Positions 47,729 to 57,399 of a stretch of DNA of 64,000 nt are shown in pieces. The position numbers were made by a program, and so were the translations under genes. The notes beneath the pieces were generated by a model. It saw nothing but the letters and a program-made list of their open reading frames with translations, ran no database searches and was not told the origin of the DNA. The stretch is from Nitrospirota bacterium (GTDB taxonomy: Bacteria; Nitrospinota_A; UBA7883): contig JAJRZK010000058.1 of the NCBI GenBank assembly GCA_024275315.1, forward strand, positions 136,448 to 200,447, written 5' to 3'. How positions within the stretch are numbered: the stretch's first letter is position 1; every line of letters starts with the position of its first letter.

Positions 47729-47767
47729 TTATTCTGGATGATTAAAAGTGGGGATTGGTGATAGAAA

Positions 47768-48079
47768 ATGGTTTCAAACGCTAAAAACGGCAATCCATCC
47801 AAAAACAGCTGGACTTTTCTTTCAAACCACGCCCACGTATTGATCTGCATAGCGAAAAACCCGTTGTCACGAATACGGGATCTTGCGTCCCAGATCAATA
47901 TTACGGAGAGGGCGGTTCAACAGATCATTCAGGACCTGGAAAAAGCCGGGTATCTCAACCACACAAGAGAAGGCCGCCGAAACAGCTATACTGTGCAAAT
48001 CAAAAAACCGTTGCGCCATCCGGTCGAGAAACATTGTAATGTATCAGAGTTGCTTGCCATGATATTGAAAGACCTTTGA
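47768..48079 (+). CDS. Small winged-helix transcriptional regulator
   Basis: 103 aa. A predicted HTH (IRDLASQINITERAVQQIIQDLEKAGYL) followed by a wing (REGRRNSYTV). Confidence 0.55.
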   Translation: MVSNAKNGNPSKNSWTFLSNHAHVLICIAKNPLSRIRDLASQINITERAVQQIIQDLEKAGYLNHTREGRRNSYTVQIKKPLRHPVEKHCNVSELLAMILKDL

Positions 48080-48317
48080 GATGGGGCGAAATCGTTTGTT
48101 GCCGTAACTCGTCGATATTATGCCGTTTACGGCGTCGCCGGAATATTATCGGTAAAATCCGGAGCCGCCATGTAGATGGTATGCCATAATTTATTCTGCG
48201 AACAACACCGGCGGTTATCGGGCCGGGCGCCACGGGCTGGGGATTTTTATATTATCTTAATAATCGCCATGTACGATTATAGCGATGAAAATTCGCCTTG
48301 CAGAGAAACAGCGACAG

Positions 48318-49016
48318 ATGAAACGCAGAAAGATTCTGGTTATAGAAGACGAGGCCGATATCCGGGAGGTAATTATTTACAACCTGATCCGGGAGAACTA
48401 TGACACCCTGGGGGCTTCGGATGGTGAAGAGGGGATGCGCCTTATACAAGCGGAATCTCCCGATCTTGTTTTGCTCGACCTAATGTTACCCGGCGTCAAC
48501 GGGCTGGACATATGCAAACGTCTCAAGATGGAACCATCCCTCGGATCGATCGCCATTATCATGGTCACCGCAAAAGGTGAAGAGGCGGACATTGTTCTGG
48601 GGCTGGAGTTGGGAGCTGACGATTATGTGACAAAACCGTTCAGTCCGAAAGAGCTGGTGAGCCGTGTAAAAGCTGTTTTGCGCAGGAGCCGGGCGGAGCG
48701 ACAGGATGAAACCGGCGATCGTATTGTGCGGGAAGGCCTTGTGATAGATTCTTCAAAGCATTCTGTGCTTGTAGATGGGCGCCCGGTGGAGCTTACGGCT
48801 ACCCAGTTTCGCATCCTGCGTTTTCTCGCCTTGCATCCCGGCCGTGTTTATACAAGAGACCAGCTGGTCAACCAGGCTATCGGGCAAGATTCATACGTTA
48901 TCGATCGCAACATCGACGTTCATATCCGCGCTGTCCGCAAAAAGCTGTCCAAATACATGTACCTCATCGAAACAGTCAGGAGCGTTGGCTATCGTTTTAA
49001 GGATACGGGCGAATAG
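48318..49016 (+). CDS. phoB: Phosphate regulon response regulator (OmpR family)
   Basis: REC domain (KILVIEDEADIRE...LLDLMLPGVNG...VTAKGEE) and a winged-helix DNA-binding domain (VELTATQFRILRFLALHPGRVYTRDQLV). It lies immediately upstream of phoR and the pst genes. An alternative start at 48285 is possible. Confidence 0.8.
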   Translation: MKRRKILVIEDEADIREVIIYNLIRENYDTLGASDGEEGMRLIQAESPDLVLLDLMLPGVNGLDICKRLKMEPSLGSIAIIMVTAKGEEADIVLGLELGADDYVTKPFSPKELVSRVKAVLRRSRAERQDETGDRIVREGLVIDSSKHSVLVDGRPVELTATQFRILRFLALHPGRVYTRDQLVNQAIGQDSYVIDRNIDVHIRAVRKKLSKYMYLIETVRSVGYRFKDTGE

Positions 49017-49019
49017 GGC

Positions 49020-50792
49020 ATGTTTCATTCCCGTTTTCTCTGGAGACTATTTGCCAGCTACGCGGCTCTCATTCTCATTTCAATAGCCGTGATCGGCGGC
49101 ATGATATTGAACCGGATGGAAAACGATTCCCTCGAAGAGATAAAAAGGTCGCTCAAATCCCAGGTTATTTTATTCAAAGATATCGCCGCCGGATACCTGA
49201 CCGGCCCGGCCGGTGATTCTATCAGGGAACATATCAGGTCGCTGGGGGCGGAACTGGGAACACGCCTGACAATCATCGACGCTGAAGGGGTTGTTCTCGC
49301 CGATTCCCAAAAGGATCCGGCCATCATGGACAACTACGCCACCCGACCCGAAATCCTGGCCGCCCGTTCCCATGGATATGGCATATCCACGCGCTACAGC
49401 TCCGCCCTTGGCTCCCGTATGATGTATCTTGCCATACCCATAAAACGGTATGGAGCCTTGCTGGGCTATGCCCGGGTGTCGGTCTCCCTCATATCCATAG
49501 ACGACCGGATTTCGCGGCTACGCTCCATTGTGGCGGGAGGCGCCGGGGCGGCCATGGTGGTGGCTCTTTTGTTCGGGTTGCTTATCGCCCGCCGTTTTTC
49601 CAGGCCCATAACGCAGATGACACCCGTGGCCGAATCGATGGCGGCAGGTGATTATACGAAAAGGCTTCCCAACGGAAGAACGGACGAGATCGGAAAACTT
49701 TCGATAACCTTGAACAGGTTGGCGGAAAAACTTACGGAAAGGGTCGAGACCATTTCCAAAGACAGGAACAAGCTTCAGGCCATTCTCGAAAGCATGGTCG
49801 AAGGCGTGATCGCGGTCGATGACAGCGAGAGAATCATTCACATGAACTTAGCCGCCGGGAAAATCATCGGTGTTTTGCATGATGAGTGTATAGGCAAACC
49901 GGTATGGGAAGTGACACGGTTACGGGAAATATGTGAAATTCTGAGCGCGACGATAAAGAATAAAAGAGAAATCGAAAGTGACCTGAAAATAACAAGCAGA
50001 GGTAATGAAACGGTGGTAGAAATGTACGCCTCGCCGGTCTTCGATGCGGGGGCGGAACTGGTCGGCGCGGTGGTGGCGCTTCACGATGTCTCCCAGATAC
50101 ACAACCTGGAGCGGATACGGCGCGATTTTGTGGCTAACGCTTCGCATGAGCTGAAGACGCCGATTACCGCCATCCGCGGAATGGTGGAGACGATGATTGA
50201 CGACGAGCGGATGCCGAAGGAAAACAGGACCAGTTTTCTCGCCAAAATGCGGGACCAGTCAATACGGCTTTCAACCATCGTTACGGATATATTGACACTG
50301 GCGAGGCTGGAGTCTGCCGGTGGGTTGCTTGAAAAGACACGTACAAACCTGGGAGACCTGGTCATGGCCGCAGCCAGCCCATTCAGGGTCTCTGCCCAGG
50401 AGAAAGGAGTGTCGCTGGAAACCGAATTTCCTGGCGCGCCGATTTATCTGCCGGTGGACAGGGAGGCGATTTCGCTGGTTGTCAGCAACCTGCTGGACAA
50501 CGCGCTGAAACACACTCCCGGGGGAGGCCTCATATGGGTCAGGTTAAACGCTGGTGAATCAGCCGTGACTATTGAAATCGCCGATACCGGGATCGGCATC
50601 GATCCTATACATCATCCACGCATTTTCGAGCGCTTTTACCGTGTCGACAAAGCGCGCTCCCGCGAATTGGGCGGAACGGGGCTGGGCCTGTACATTGTAA
50701 AGCATATTGCATTGTCACACGGGGGCGTTGTCACGGTTCAAAGCGAGCCGGGCGAGGGAAGCGTTTTTCGTGTTGTCCTGCCATCAGAGTAG
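49020..50792 (+). CDS. phoR: Phosphate regulon sensor histidine kinase
   Basis: Two TM helices, HAMP, PAS, HisKA (FVANASHELKTP) and HATPase (GGTGLGLYIV) domains. Pho-cluster context. Confidence 0.8.
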   Translation: MFHSRFLWRLFASYAALILISIAVIGGMILNRMENDSLEEIKRSLKSQVILFKDIAAGYLTGPAGDSIREHIRSLGAELGTRLTIIDAEGVVLADSQKDPAIMDNYATRPEILAARSHGYGISTRYSSALGSRMMYLAIPIKRYGALLGYARVSVSLISIDDRISRLRSIVAGGAGAAMVVALLFGLLIARRFSRPITQMTPVAESMAAGDYTKRLPNGRTDEIGKLSITLNRLAEKLTERVETISKDRNKLQAILESMVEGVIAVDDSERIIHMNLAAGKIIGVLHDECIGKPVWEVTRLREICEILSATIKNKREIESDLKITSRGNETVVEMYASPVFDAGAELVGAVVALHDVSQIHNLERIRRDFVANASHELKTPITAIRGMVETMIDDERMPKENRTSFLAKMRDQSIRLSTIVTDILTLARLESAGGLLEKTRTNLGDLVMAAASPFRVSAQEKGVSLETEFPGAPIYLPVDREAISLVVSNLLDNALKHTPGGGLIWVRLNAGESAVTIEIADTGIGIDPIHHPRIFERFYRVDKARSRELGGTGLGLYIVKHIALSHGGVVTVQSEPGEGSVFRVVLPSE

Positions 50793-50916
50793 CTGGCCGA
50801 ACCGGTCGCCGAAAATTAACTGTTTCTTTATGAAAAGTTAATTCGCTCTTTTCTGGTCGGGCATAAAGTATGAGCATGGAAAGCCATCCTTTACAACTCG
50901 CAGAAAGTGTACAGTC

Positions 50917-51678
50917 ATGACCACTGAAGAAGAGCGCCGCACCATACTTATTGAAAAAGCCATTTCCGAAAAGCATAACAGGGCGCTTTCAATCATAGTC
51001 CACGACCTTAAATCTCCCATGACGGCCATAATCGGGTTCTCAAACCTTCTATTGCGCGAGATGGAGGAAAAAGGTGTCGCAGACAGGTGGCTCGAAATCC
51101 TTAAAAGAGTAGTTGGCGCCGGTAAAAACATGGACGTGCTCATCCAGGATATTTCCACGATGGCGAAAATGGAGGCGGGGAAGGAGAAAATAGAGCCGGA
51201 ATGGGCGGATATTCCCCGGATGCTGTACGAGACCAGAAAAACTTTTGAGTATCAGGCCAAAACCAGGGAAATTTCTATCGATATTGTGGCAGAAGATTCA
51301 TTGCCTCCCGTGCGTTGGGATATGACCAGGTTGAGGAACCATGTGTTGAACAATCTTATATCCAATTCGCTGAAATTCACACCTTTGGGCGGGAAGGTCA
51401 CGCTCAGCGCGCAAGCGGATTCCAGCCACGTCCTGCTGAATGTCAAAGATACGGGGCCTGGCATCCCCCCCGGAGAGCATGAGAAAATCTTTCACAGGTT
51501 TGAACAGCTCGACATCGATTCGCAAAGAATCTTCTCCGGCTTCGGGCTCGGTCTGTACAACGCACGGCTTTTCGTGGAGCGCCATGGAGGGCAAATCAGC
51601 CTGGACCCATCGGTCGATACCGGCGCTTCCTTTCTTATCAGGCTTCCACTGGACGCCAGCCCGGCCATATGCTCCTGA
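50917..51678 (+). CDS. Soluble orphan histidine kinase (HisKA + HATPase only)
   Basis: H-box IIVHDLKSPMTAI, plus N, G1 (DTGPGIPPGE) and G2 (GFGLGLYNAR) boxes. No TM or sensor domain. Confidence 0.7.
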   Translation: MTTEEERRTILIEKAISEKHNRALSIIVHDLKSPMTAIIGFSNLLLREMEEKGVADRWLEILKRVVGAGKNMDVLIQDISTMAKMEAGKEKIEPEWADIPRMLYETRKTFEYQAKTREISIDIVAEDSLPPVRWDMTRLRNHVLNNLISNSLKFTPLGGKVTLSAQADSSHVLLNVKDTGPGIPPGEHEKIFHRFEQLDIDSQRIFSGFGLGLYNARLFVERHGGQISLDPSVDTGASFLIRLPLDASPAICS

Positions 51679-51687
51679 CACTCGTAA

Positions 51688-51727
51688 TTTAACGCAAACT
51701 TAACCTCCGGTTTAATTTGCTTTAATT
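51688..51727 (+). promoter_or_regulatory. Candidate Pho boxes upstream of oprP: four (C/T)TTAAC/T-type 7-mers at roughly 11-bp spacing
   Basis: TTTAACG-CAAA-CTTAACC-TCCG-GTTTAAT-TTGC-TTTAATT, read directly from the sequence. The PhoB-box architecture is a 7-nt direct repeat plus a 4-nt spacer. Confidence 0.4.
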
Positions 51728-51828
51728 TTCAGGCTATAGAATCCTCCCGTAAAGACGATTTGATTGTTGTCGCCTGCAAAAGGGGCAACGGCTTGAAACC
51801 GGAGACAAAGCTATTAAGGAGAATGGGA

Positions 51829-53025
51829 ATGAAGAAAAGGATCTGCAAAGTGATTATCATGGCCGCGACCTGTTTTGCGGTCGGGCTGGCCGTTCCTGCG
51901 GACGCGTCAGAGTCCCTCGACGCGGTGTGGAAGGAGGGATTGCGCTTCACATCCGCCGACAAGGCGTTCGAATTGAAAGTGGGGGGCAGGATCATGAATG
52001 ACTGGGTCTGGTTATCCGCCGACAGCGAGCTGGAAAACAGTGACATCAAATGGAATTCCGGCACGGAATTTCGCCGAGCCCGGCTCTATATAGGTGGTCA
52101 CATATACAAGAACGTCAAATTCAAGGCGCAATACGATTTCGCCAAAGGCGCCGCTCATTTCAAGGATGTCTACATAGCTTTTACCAAGATTCCTGTGCTG
52201 GGGTCCATCAAGACGGGCCACTTCAAGCAGCCGTTCGGTCTCGAAGAGCTGACAAGCTCCAAATATATCACCTTTATGGAGCGGGCCATGCCGATCGGGG
52301 CGTTTGCCCCTTCGCGAAACTCCGGTTTCCAGATAGGCGGTTTGGCCCTGGGCAAGAAGCTTGGATGGGCTGTTTCCACTTTTCGGCTGACCAACAGCGA
52401 GGGGAAGGATTATGGCGATAACGCGATGAACTACGCCGCCAGGATCACCTACGCCCCGGTCATGAATTCGGAAAGCCTGGTGCATCTGGGCCTGAGCTAT
52501 GTCTCCATAAGCCCGGCCAGTGACGAGGTCCGTTTCAAAACCAGGCCAGAGATGCATCTGGCTCCGGTAAGCCTGGCGGACACGGGAACCATAGCCGCCG
52601 ATGGCGTCGGCGTTACCGGCGTCGAAGCGGCCGCCGTGCTGGGGCCCCTGTCGTTGCAGGGGGAGTATATCATGGCGAACGTTTCAGCCACCCAGGGGGA
52701 CAGCCTGTCTTTCTCCGGCTACTACGCTTTTATCTCCTGGTTCGCCACGGGAGAGCGGCGGCCTTATAAACACGGCGCTTTTTCCCGTGTGAAGCCGGAT
52801 AACAATTTTGGAGACGGCCCCGGCGCCATAGAGCTGGCCGCCCGCGTATCGAACATCAACTTGAATGATGGCTCCGTAACCGGTGGCGAGGTGAATAACT
52901 ACACCCTGGGGCTTAACTGGTACCTCAACCCGAACAGCAGGGTGATGGTCAACTATGTCATCGCCGACAAGAAAGACAGCGGGAAGGCCTCCGCCACGAT
53001 GGCCCGGTTCCAGATCGATTTCTAG
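51829..53025 (+). CDS. oprP: Phosphate-selective porin OprO/OprP family
   Basis: Signal peptide MKKRICKVIIMAATCFAVGLAVPADA, a long beta-barrel and a C-terminal ...RFQIDF aromatic terminus. It lies between the pho two-component genes and pstS. The start was chosen at the ATG 7 nt after an AAGGAG RBS. Confidence 0.8.
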   Translation: MKKRICKVIIMAATCFAVGLAVPADASESLDAVWKEGLRFTSADKAFELKVGGRIMNDWVWLSADSELENSDIKWNSGTEFRRARLYIGGHIYKNVKFKAQYDFAKGAAHFKDVYIAFTKIPVLGSIKTGHFKQPFGLEELTSSKYITFMERAMPIGAFAPSRNSGFQIGGLALGKKLGWAVSTFRLTNSEGKDYGDNAMNYAARITYAPVMNSESLVHLGLSYVSISPASDEVRFKTRPEMHLAPVSLADTGTIAADGVGVTGVEAAAVLGPLSLQGEYIMANVSATQGDSLSFSGYYAFISWFATGERRPYKHGAFSRVKPDNNFGDGPGAIELAARVSNINLNDGSVTGGEVNNYTLGLNWYLNPNSRVMVNYVIADKKDSGKASATMARFQIDF

Positions 53026-53056
53026 CGTGAGAGTGGGACGACGCTCTTTACGGGAG

Positions 53057-53085
53057 CTTAACACTCTCTTAATCATATCTTCATA
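53057..53085 (+). promoter_or_regulatory. Candidate Pho box upstream of pstS: CTTAACA-CTCT-CTTAATC-ATAT-CTTCATA (three 7-mers at 11-bp spacing)
   Basis: Read directly from the sequence. It lies 38 nt upstream of the pstS start. Confidence 0.5.
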
Positions 53086-53122
53086 AATGAAGTGTAGAAA
53101 TAACGTGAACAGGAGAAATGTA

Positions 53123-54064
53123 ATGAAACGACTATTACTTGTAGCGCTGATCATCGTGTCATTCGCCCCGGTCCAGACGGCTTTTGCCAGAAGTGGATCG
53201 AAGCTGTCCGGCACGGTCAAGATCGACGGATCCAGCACGGTCTTCCCGATTACAGAGGCGGTGGCCGAGGAGTTCAACAAGATATACCCCAGGGTAAGGG
53301 TTACTGTGGGCGTGTCAGGCTCAGGGGGCGGATTCAAGAAGTTCCTGGCCGGTGAAACTGATATCAGTGACGCCTCACGGCCGATAAAAGGTAAGGAGCT
53401 GAAGAAGGCTGTCGAGAAAAATATCAAGTTCATAGAGTTGCCGATCGCCTATGACGGGTTGTCGGTGGTTGTAAGCCGCAAGAACAAGTTTGTGGATTAC
53501 ATGACCGTGGATGAATTGAGAAAAATATGGCAGCCAGGCAGTGCGGTTAAAACCTGGGCGGACATTCGCTCCGGATGGCCGGCCAAGCCTATCCGGCTTT
53601 ATGGTCCAGGGACCGATTCGGGCACGTTTGACTATTTCACGGAAGTTATCAACGGAAAATCGGGAGCGTCCAGGCCCGATTACACCGCCAGCGAGGACGA
53701 CAACGTTCTGGTCCAGGGAGTCAGCGGTGACGCCGCGGCTCTGGGATATTTTGGTTACGCCTATTACGCTGAAAACAAGGATACTCTAAGGCTTGTGCCG
53801 ATAGATTCCGGCAAAGGCCCTGTTGCGCCTTCGGCTGAAACCATTAACAACGGATCCTACTCTCCCCTGTCCAGACCGTTATTCATATACGTGCGTCTGG
53901 AAAGCCTGGACAGGGAACTTGTGAAAAAATTCGTGGATTTCTATCTTAAAAACGCCGGCGCGCTGGCCGCGGAAGTGGGTTATGTGGCTTTGGCGGACAA
54001 GGCGTACGCAGATGACAAAAAACGGATAGCCGACCGCGTGACTGGTTCGGTCTACTCGAAGTAG
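53123..54064 (+). CDS. pstS: Phosphate ABC transporter substrate-binding protein
   Basis: Signal peptide [30 protein letters not shown], and SGSGGGF phosphate-binding motifs. The start follows an AGGAGA RBS. Confidence 0.85.
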   Translation: MKRLLLVALIIVSFAPVQTAFARSGSKLSGTVKIDGSSTVFPITEAVAEEFNKIYPRVRVTVGVSGSGGGFKKFLAGETDISDASRPIKGKELKKAVEKNIKFIELPIAYDGLSVVVSRKNKFVDYMTVDELRKIWQPGSAVKTWADIRSGWPAKPIRLYGPGTDSGTFDYFTEVINGKSGASRPDYTASEDDNVLVQGVSGDAAALGYFGYAYYAENKDTLRLVPIDSGKGPVAPSAETINNGSYSPLSRPLFIYVRLESLDRELVKKFVDFYLKNAGALAAEVGYVALADKAYADDKKRIADRVTGSVYSK

Positions 54065-54075
54065 TTTTTGACAGG

Positions 54076-55029
54076 TTGATGGAAGAAGCTCTTGTGCGAG
54101 ATATCTCTCCAAAACCAGCGTCTGCCCCGGTCAATTTGTTCCTGCGTCGGGGGGGCCGTTGGCAGGAGAGCCTCATACAATGGGTTTTCTATGTTTGCGC
54201 GCTTGTCTCGGTCATCACCACGGCTTCGATCATCGTGGTTCTTGTTAAGGAATCGTGGGGCTTTTTCCGGGAGGAAAGCATATTTGACTTTCTTTTCGGG
54301 ACAACGTGGACACCTCTTTTCGTGCCGCGGTCTTTCGGGGTTTTGCCTCTTGTAAATGGCACGTTTCTTATTGTCGCAGGCTCGGCGCTCATCGCCCTGC
54401 CCATAGGTCTTTCCACCGCGATCTACCTGAGCGAGTACGCCTCCACCAGGGTCAGGAGCGTCATCAAGCCGATGCTTGAGATTCTCGCCGGCATTCCCAC
54501 CGTTGTATATGGATATTTCGCTCTTACTTTTGTCACCCCCGCGCTTACCATGGTTTACGGTGAAACGAGGGTGTTCAACGCCGCGAGCGCCTCGATTGTC
54601 GTGGGCATCATGGTGTTGCCGATGGTGGCGTCGCTATGTGACAATGCGCTTCGCGCAGTTCCATCTTCCCTGAGGCAGGGAGGCTACGCGTTGGGCGCCA
54701 CACAGTTCGAGGTTACAACGACGATCGTGGCGCCATCGGCGCTTTCCGGGATACTCGCCTCGTTCGTGCTGGCGGTTTCCAGGGCGATCGGCGAGACGAT
54801 GGCTGTTACGCTGGCCGCGGGAGCGACACCTAGAATGACGCTTAACCCGATGGAAAGCATACAAACCATGACCGCCTACATGGTGCAGGTGAGCCTGGGT
54901 GACGTGCCCGCCTACGGCATAGAGTACAAGACGATATTCGCCGTGGGTTCGCTCCTGTTCTTTATAACATTTGTCATGAACATTTTGTCCGCCATGGCGT
55001 TGAGAAGGTTCAGGGAAAAATATGAATGA
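54076..55029 (+). CDS. pstC: Phosphate ABC transporter permease PstC
   Basis: Six TM helices and an EAA-like loop. Gene order pstS-C-A-B. Confidence 0.85.
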   Translation: MMEEALVRDISPKPASAPVNLFLRRGGRWQESLIQWVFYVCALVSVITTASIIVVLVKESWGFFREESIFDFLFGTTWTPLFVPRSFGVLPLVNGTFLIVAGSALIALPIGLSTAIYLSEYASTRVRSVIKPMLEILAGIPTVVYGYFALTFVTPALTMVYGETRVFNAASASIVVGIMVLPMVASLCDNALRAVPSSLRQGGYALGATQFEVTTTIVAPSALSGILASFVLAVSRAIGETMAVTLAAGATPRMTLNPMESIQTMTAYMVQVSLGDVPAYGIEYKTIFAVGSLLFFITFVMNILSAMALRRFREKYE

Positions 55030-55885
55030 GGTTGGCAATCTCCCCAGGCGTCGCCTGAAGGCGAAACTGTTCCACCTGTTTTGCGCGTTCGTGACATTTA
55101 TGGGTGTGGCGTTTCTGGTCATTCTCCTTTTTCATATATGGAAGGAGGGGCATCACTGGGTCGACTGGCAGTTTCTCAACAGTTTCCCGTCACGTTTTGT
55201 TGAAAAAGCCGGCATCAAATCCGCGTTATGGGGAACAATATGGCTTGTGGGGCTGACAGCGGCCATATCTATTCCGGTGGGTGTGGCCGCCGCGATCTAC
55301 ATGGAGGAATACGCCTCCAAGGGAAAGCTGAACACGTTTATAGAAATCAATATACAAAACCTGGCTGGTGTTCCGTCCATTGTGTACGGGATACTTGGCC
55401 TGGCGATATTTGTCCGCTGGTTCAACCTGGAGCGGAGCGTTCTGGCCGGGAGCCTGACCATGAGCCTGTTGATACTGCCGATTATTATTATCGCTTCGCG
55501 TGAATCGATTCGGGCTGTGCCCAGCTCCATAAGGCAAGGCTCCTTTGCGCTGGGCGCCACCCGCTGGCAGACAGTGCGGGCTCATGTGCTGCCTGCGGCT
55601 CTTCCGGGGATACTGACCGGGCTTATCCTCGCCCTGTCCCGCGCAATCGGAGAAACCGCTCCACTGGTCATGATCGGCGCGCTTGCGTATGTCGCATTTG
55701 TGCCGGAAGGGCCCATGGACTCTTTCACGGCTCTGCCGATCCAGATATTCAACTGGGCCTCGCGTCCACAGGAAAAATTCCACCAACTGGCTGCTGGTGG
55801 GATATTGGTGTTGCTGGCGGTGTTGCTTATGATGAACGCAATAGCTATCATAATCCGGCAAAGAGCGGAAAGGAAAATGAAGTGA
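55022..55885 (+). CDS. pstA: Phosphate ABC transporter permease PstA
   Basis: Six TM helices, [10 protein letters not shown]. Overlaps pstC by 8 nt. Confidence 0.85.
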   Translation: MNEVGNLPRRRLKAKLFHLFCAFVTFMGVAFLVILLFHIWKEGHHWVDWQFLNSFPSRFVEKAGIKSALWGTIWLVGLTAAISIPVGVAAAIYMEEYASKGKLNTFIEINIQNLAGVPSIVYGILGLAIFVRWFNLERSVLAGSLTMSLLILPIIIIASRESIRAVPSSIRQGSFALGATRWQTVRAHVLPAALPGILTGLILALSRAIGETAPLVMIGALAYVAFVPEGPMDSFTALPIQIFNWASRPQEKFHQLAAGGILVLLAVLLMMNAIAIIIRQRAERKMK

Positions 55886-56688
55886 ACCAAAGCGCGGCCA
55901 GGCAAAATATCAGCCCGAAAGAATCCGCTGAAGGTGATCCTATCCTTCAGGCCAGCAATGTATATATAAGCTACTCCGGCAAGCCGGCGGTCGTGGGGGT
56001 TACATTGCCCATATATAAAAACAGGATCACATCCATAATCGGCCCTTCCGGGTGTGGAAAAAGCACGCTGTTACGGTCATTTAACCGTATGAATGATTTT
56101 ATACATGGTGTGAGTATGGAAGGGAAGATCCTGTATCTTGGCGTGGATCTGTACGCCGCCGACGTGGATCCCGTGGCTGTCCGGAGAAACATCGGCATGG
56201 TGTTCCAGAAACCAAACCCGTTTCCCAAATCGATATTTCAGAATATCGCATGGGGCCCCGCCATAAACGGATACAAAAAAGATGATATGAACCGGCTCGT
56301 GGAGGATTCGCTTAAAAAAGCCGCCCTGTGGGACGAGATCAAGGACGGGCGTTTAACAGATTCCGCCCTGGCGCTTTCCGGAGGACAGCAGCAGAGACTT
56401 TGCATAGCCCGCGCTCTCGCCATGGAGCCGCAGTTGATTCTGATGGACGAGCCTTGCTCCTCGCTGGACCCTGTTTCCACATCGCGGATAGAGGATCTTT
56501 TATTCGAGCTTAAAAAACGCTATACGATAGTTATAGTAACGCATAACATGCAGCAGGCCGCTCGTGTTTCGGATTACACGGCGTTTCTTGAAAATGGCAA
56601 GCTGATAGAATTCGGCGAAACCAGCCAGGTGTTCACCAGGCCGGTTAACAAACGGACCGAAGAATATGTCACAGGCCGGTTCGGATAA
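55882..56688 (+). CDS. pstB: Phosphate ABC transporter ATP-binding protein
   Basis: Walker [10 protein letters not shown], signature LSGGQQQRL and Walker B LILMDEP. Confidence 0.9.
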   Translation: MNQSAARQNISPKESAEGDPILQASNVYISYSGKPAVVGVTLPIYKNRITSIIGPSGCGKSTLLRSFNRMNDFIHGVSMEGKILYLGVDLYAADVDPVAVRRNIGMVFQKPNPFPKSIFQNIAWGPAINGYKKDDMNRLVEDSLKKAALWDEIKDGRLTDSALALSGGQQQRLCIARALAMEPQLILMDEPCSSLDPVSTSRIEDLLFELKKRYTIVIVTHNMQQAARVSDYTAFLENGKLIEFGETSQVFTRPVNKRTEEYVTGRFG

Positions 56689-56699
56689 CAGGGGGTTAA

Positions 56700-57374
56700 A
56701 TGTCAAAACATTTTCAGCGTGATTTGGAGTTTTTGAAGAAAGAAATACTGTCGCTCGGCTCGATGGTGCACGACGCTATAAACAAGGCTTTTATCGCCCT
56801 TGTAGACAGGCGCGCCGATATCGCCCGGGAAGTTATCGATGGTGATGACCTGATAAATGAAAAGGAGGTTTTCATTGAGGAGGAATGCCTCAAGGCGCTT
56901 GCCCTCCATCAGCCTGTGGCGGCCGATCTTCGCTATATCGTGGGCATTTTAAAGGTCAACAACGATCTTGAGAGGATGGGTGACCTGGCTGTCAACATAG
57001 CCGAAAGAACCATCTATCTGGCCAAGAAGGAGAGGCTGGACACATCGCTCGATTTTTCCCGAATGGCGGCTGGTGTCCAATCCATGGTGCAGATGAGCCT
57101 TGACGCTCTCATCAAAAAAGATACGCAAATTGCGCGAAAAGTGTTGGCGATGGATGACGATATAGACGATATGAACAGGGATATGTATAACCTTCTTCAG
57201 GATGTCATGCAAAAAGACTCTACGACTATCAAGCGTGCGGTGCACCTGCTTTCAAGCTCCCGTCACCTGGAGCGTATCGCGGATTTGAGCACCAACATCG
57301 CCGAGGATGTCATTTTTATGATCGAGGGCGAGTTGATACGGCACAGAACGGAGAACTATGAAAACGATAGCTGA
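56700..57374 (+). CDS. phoU: Phosphate signalling complex protein PhoU
   Basis: 224 aa with two three-helix PhoU repeats (DDLINEKE..., DIDDMNRDMYN). Confidence 0.85.
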   Translation: MSKHFQRDLEFLKKEILSLGSMVHDAINKAFIALVDRRADIAREVIDGDDLINEKEVFIEEECLKALALHQPVAADLRYIVGILKVNNDLERMGDLAVNIAERTIYLAKKERLDTSLDFSRMAAGVQSMVQMSLDALIKKDTQIARKVLAMDDDIDDMNRDMYNLLQDVMQKDSTTIKRAVHLLSSSRHLERIADLSTNIAEDVIFMIEGELIRHRTENYENDS

Positions 57375-57399
57375 CTTCGTTTGACACTCCTGTAAAGCG

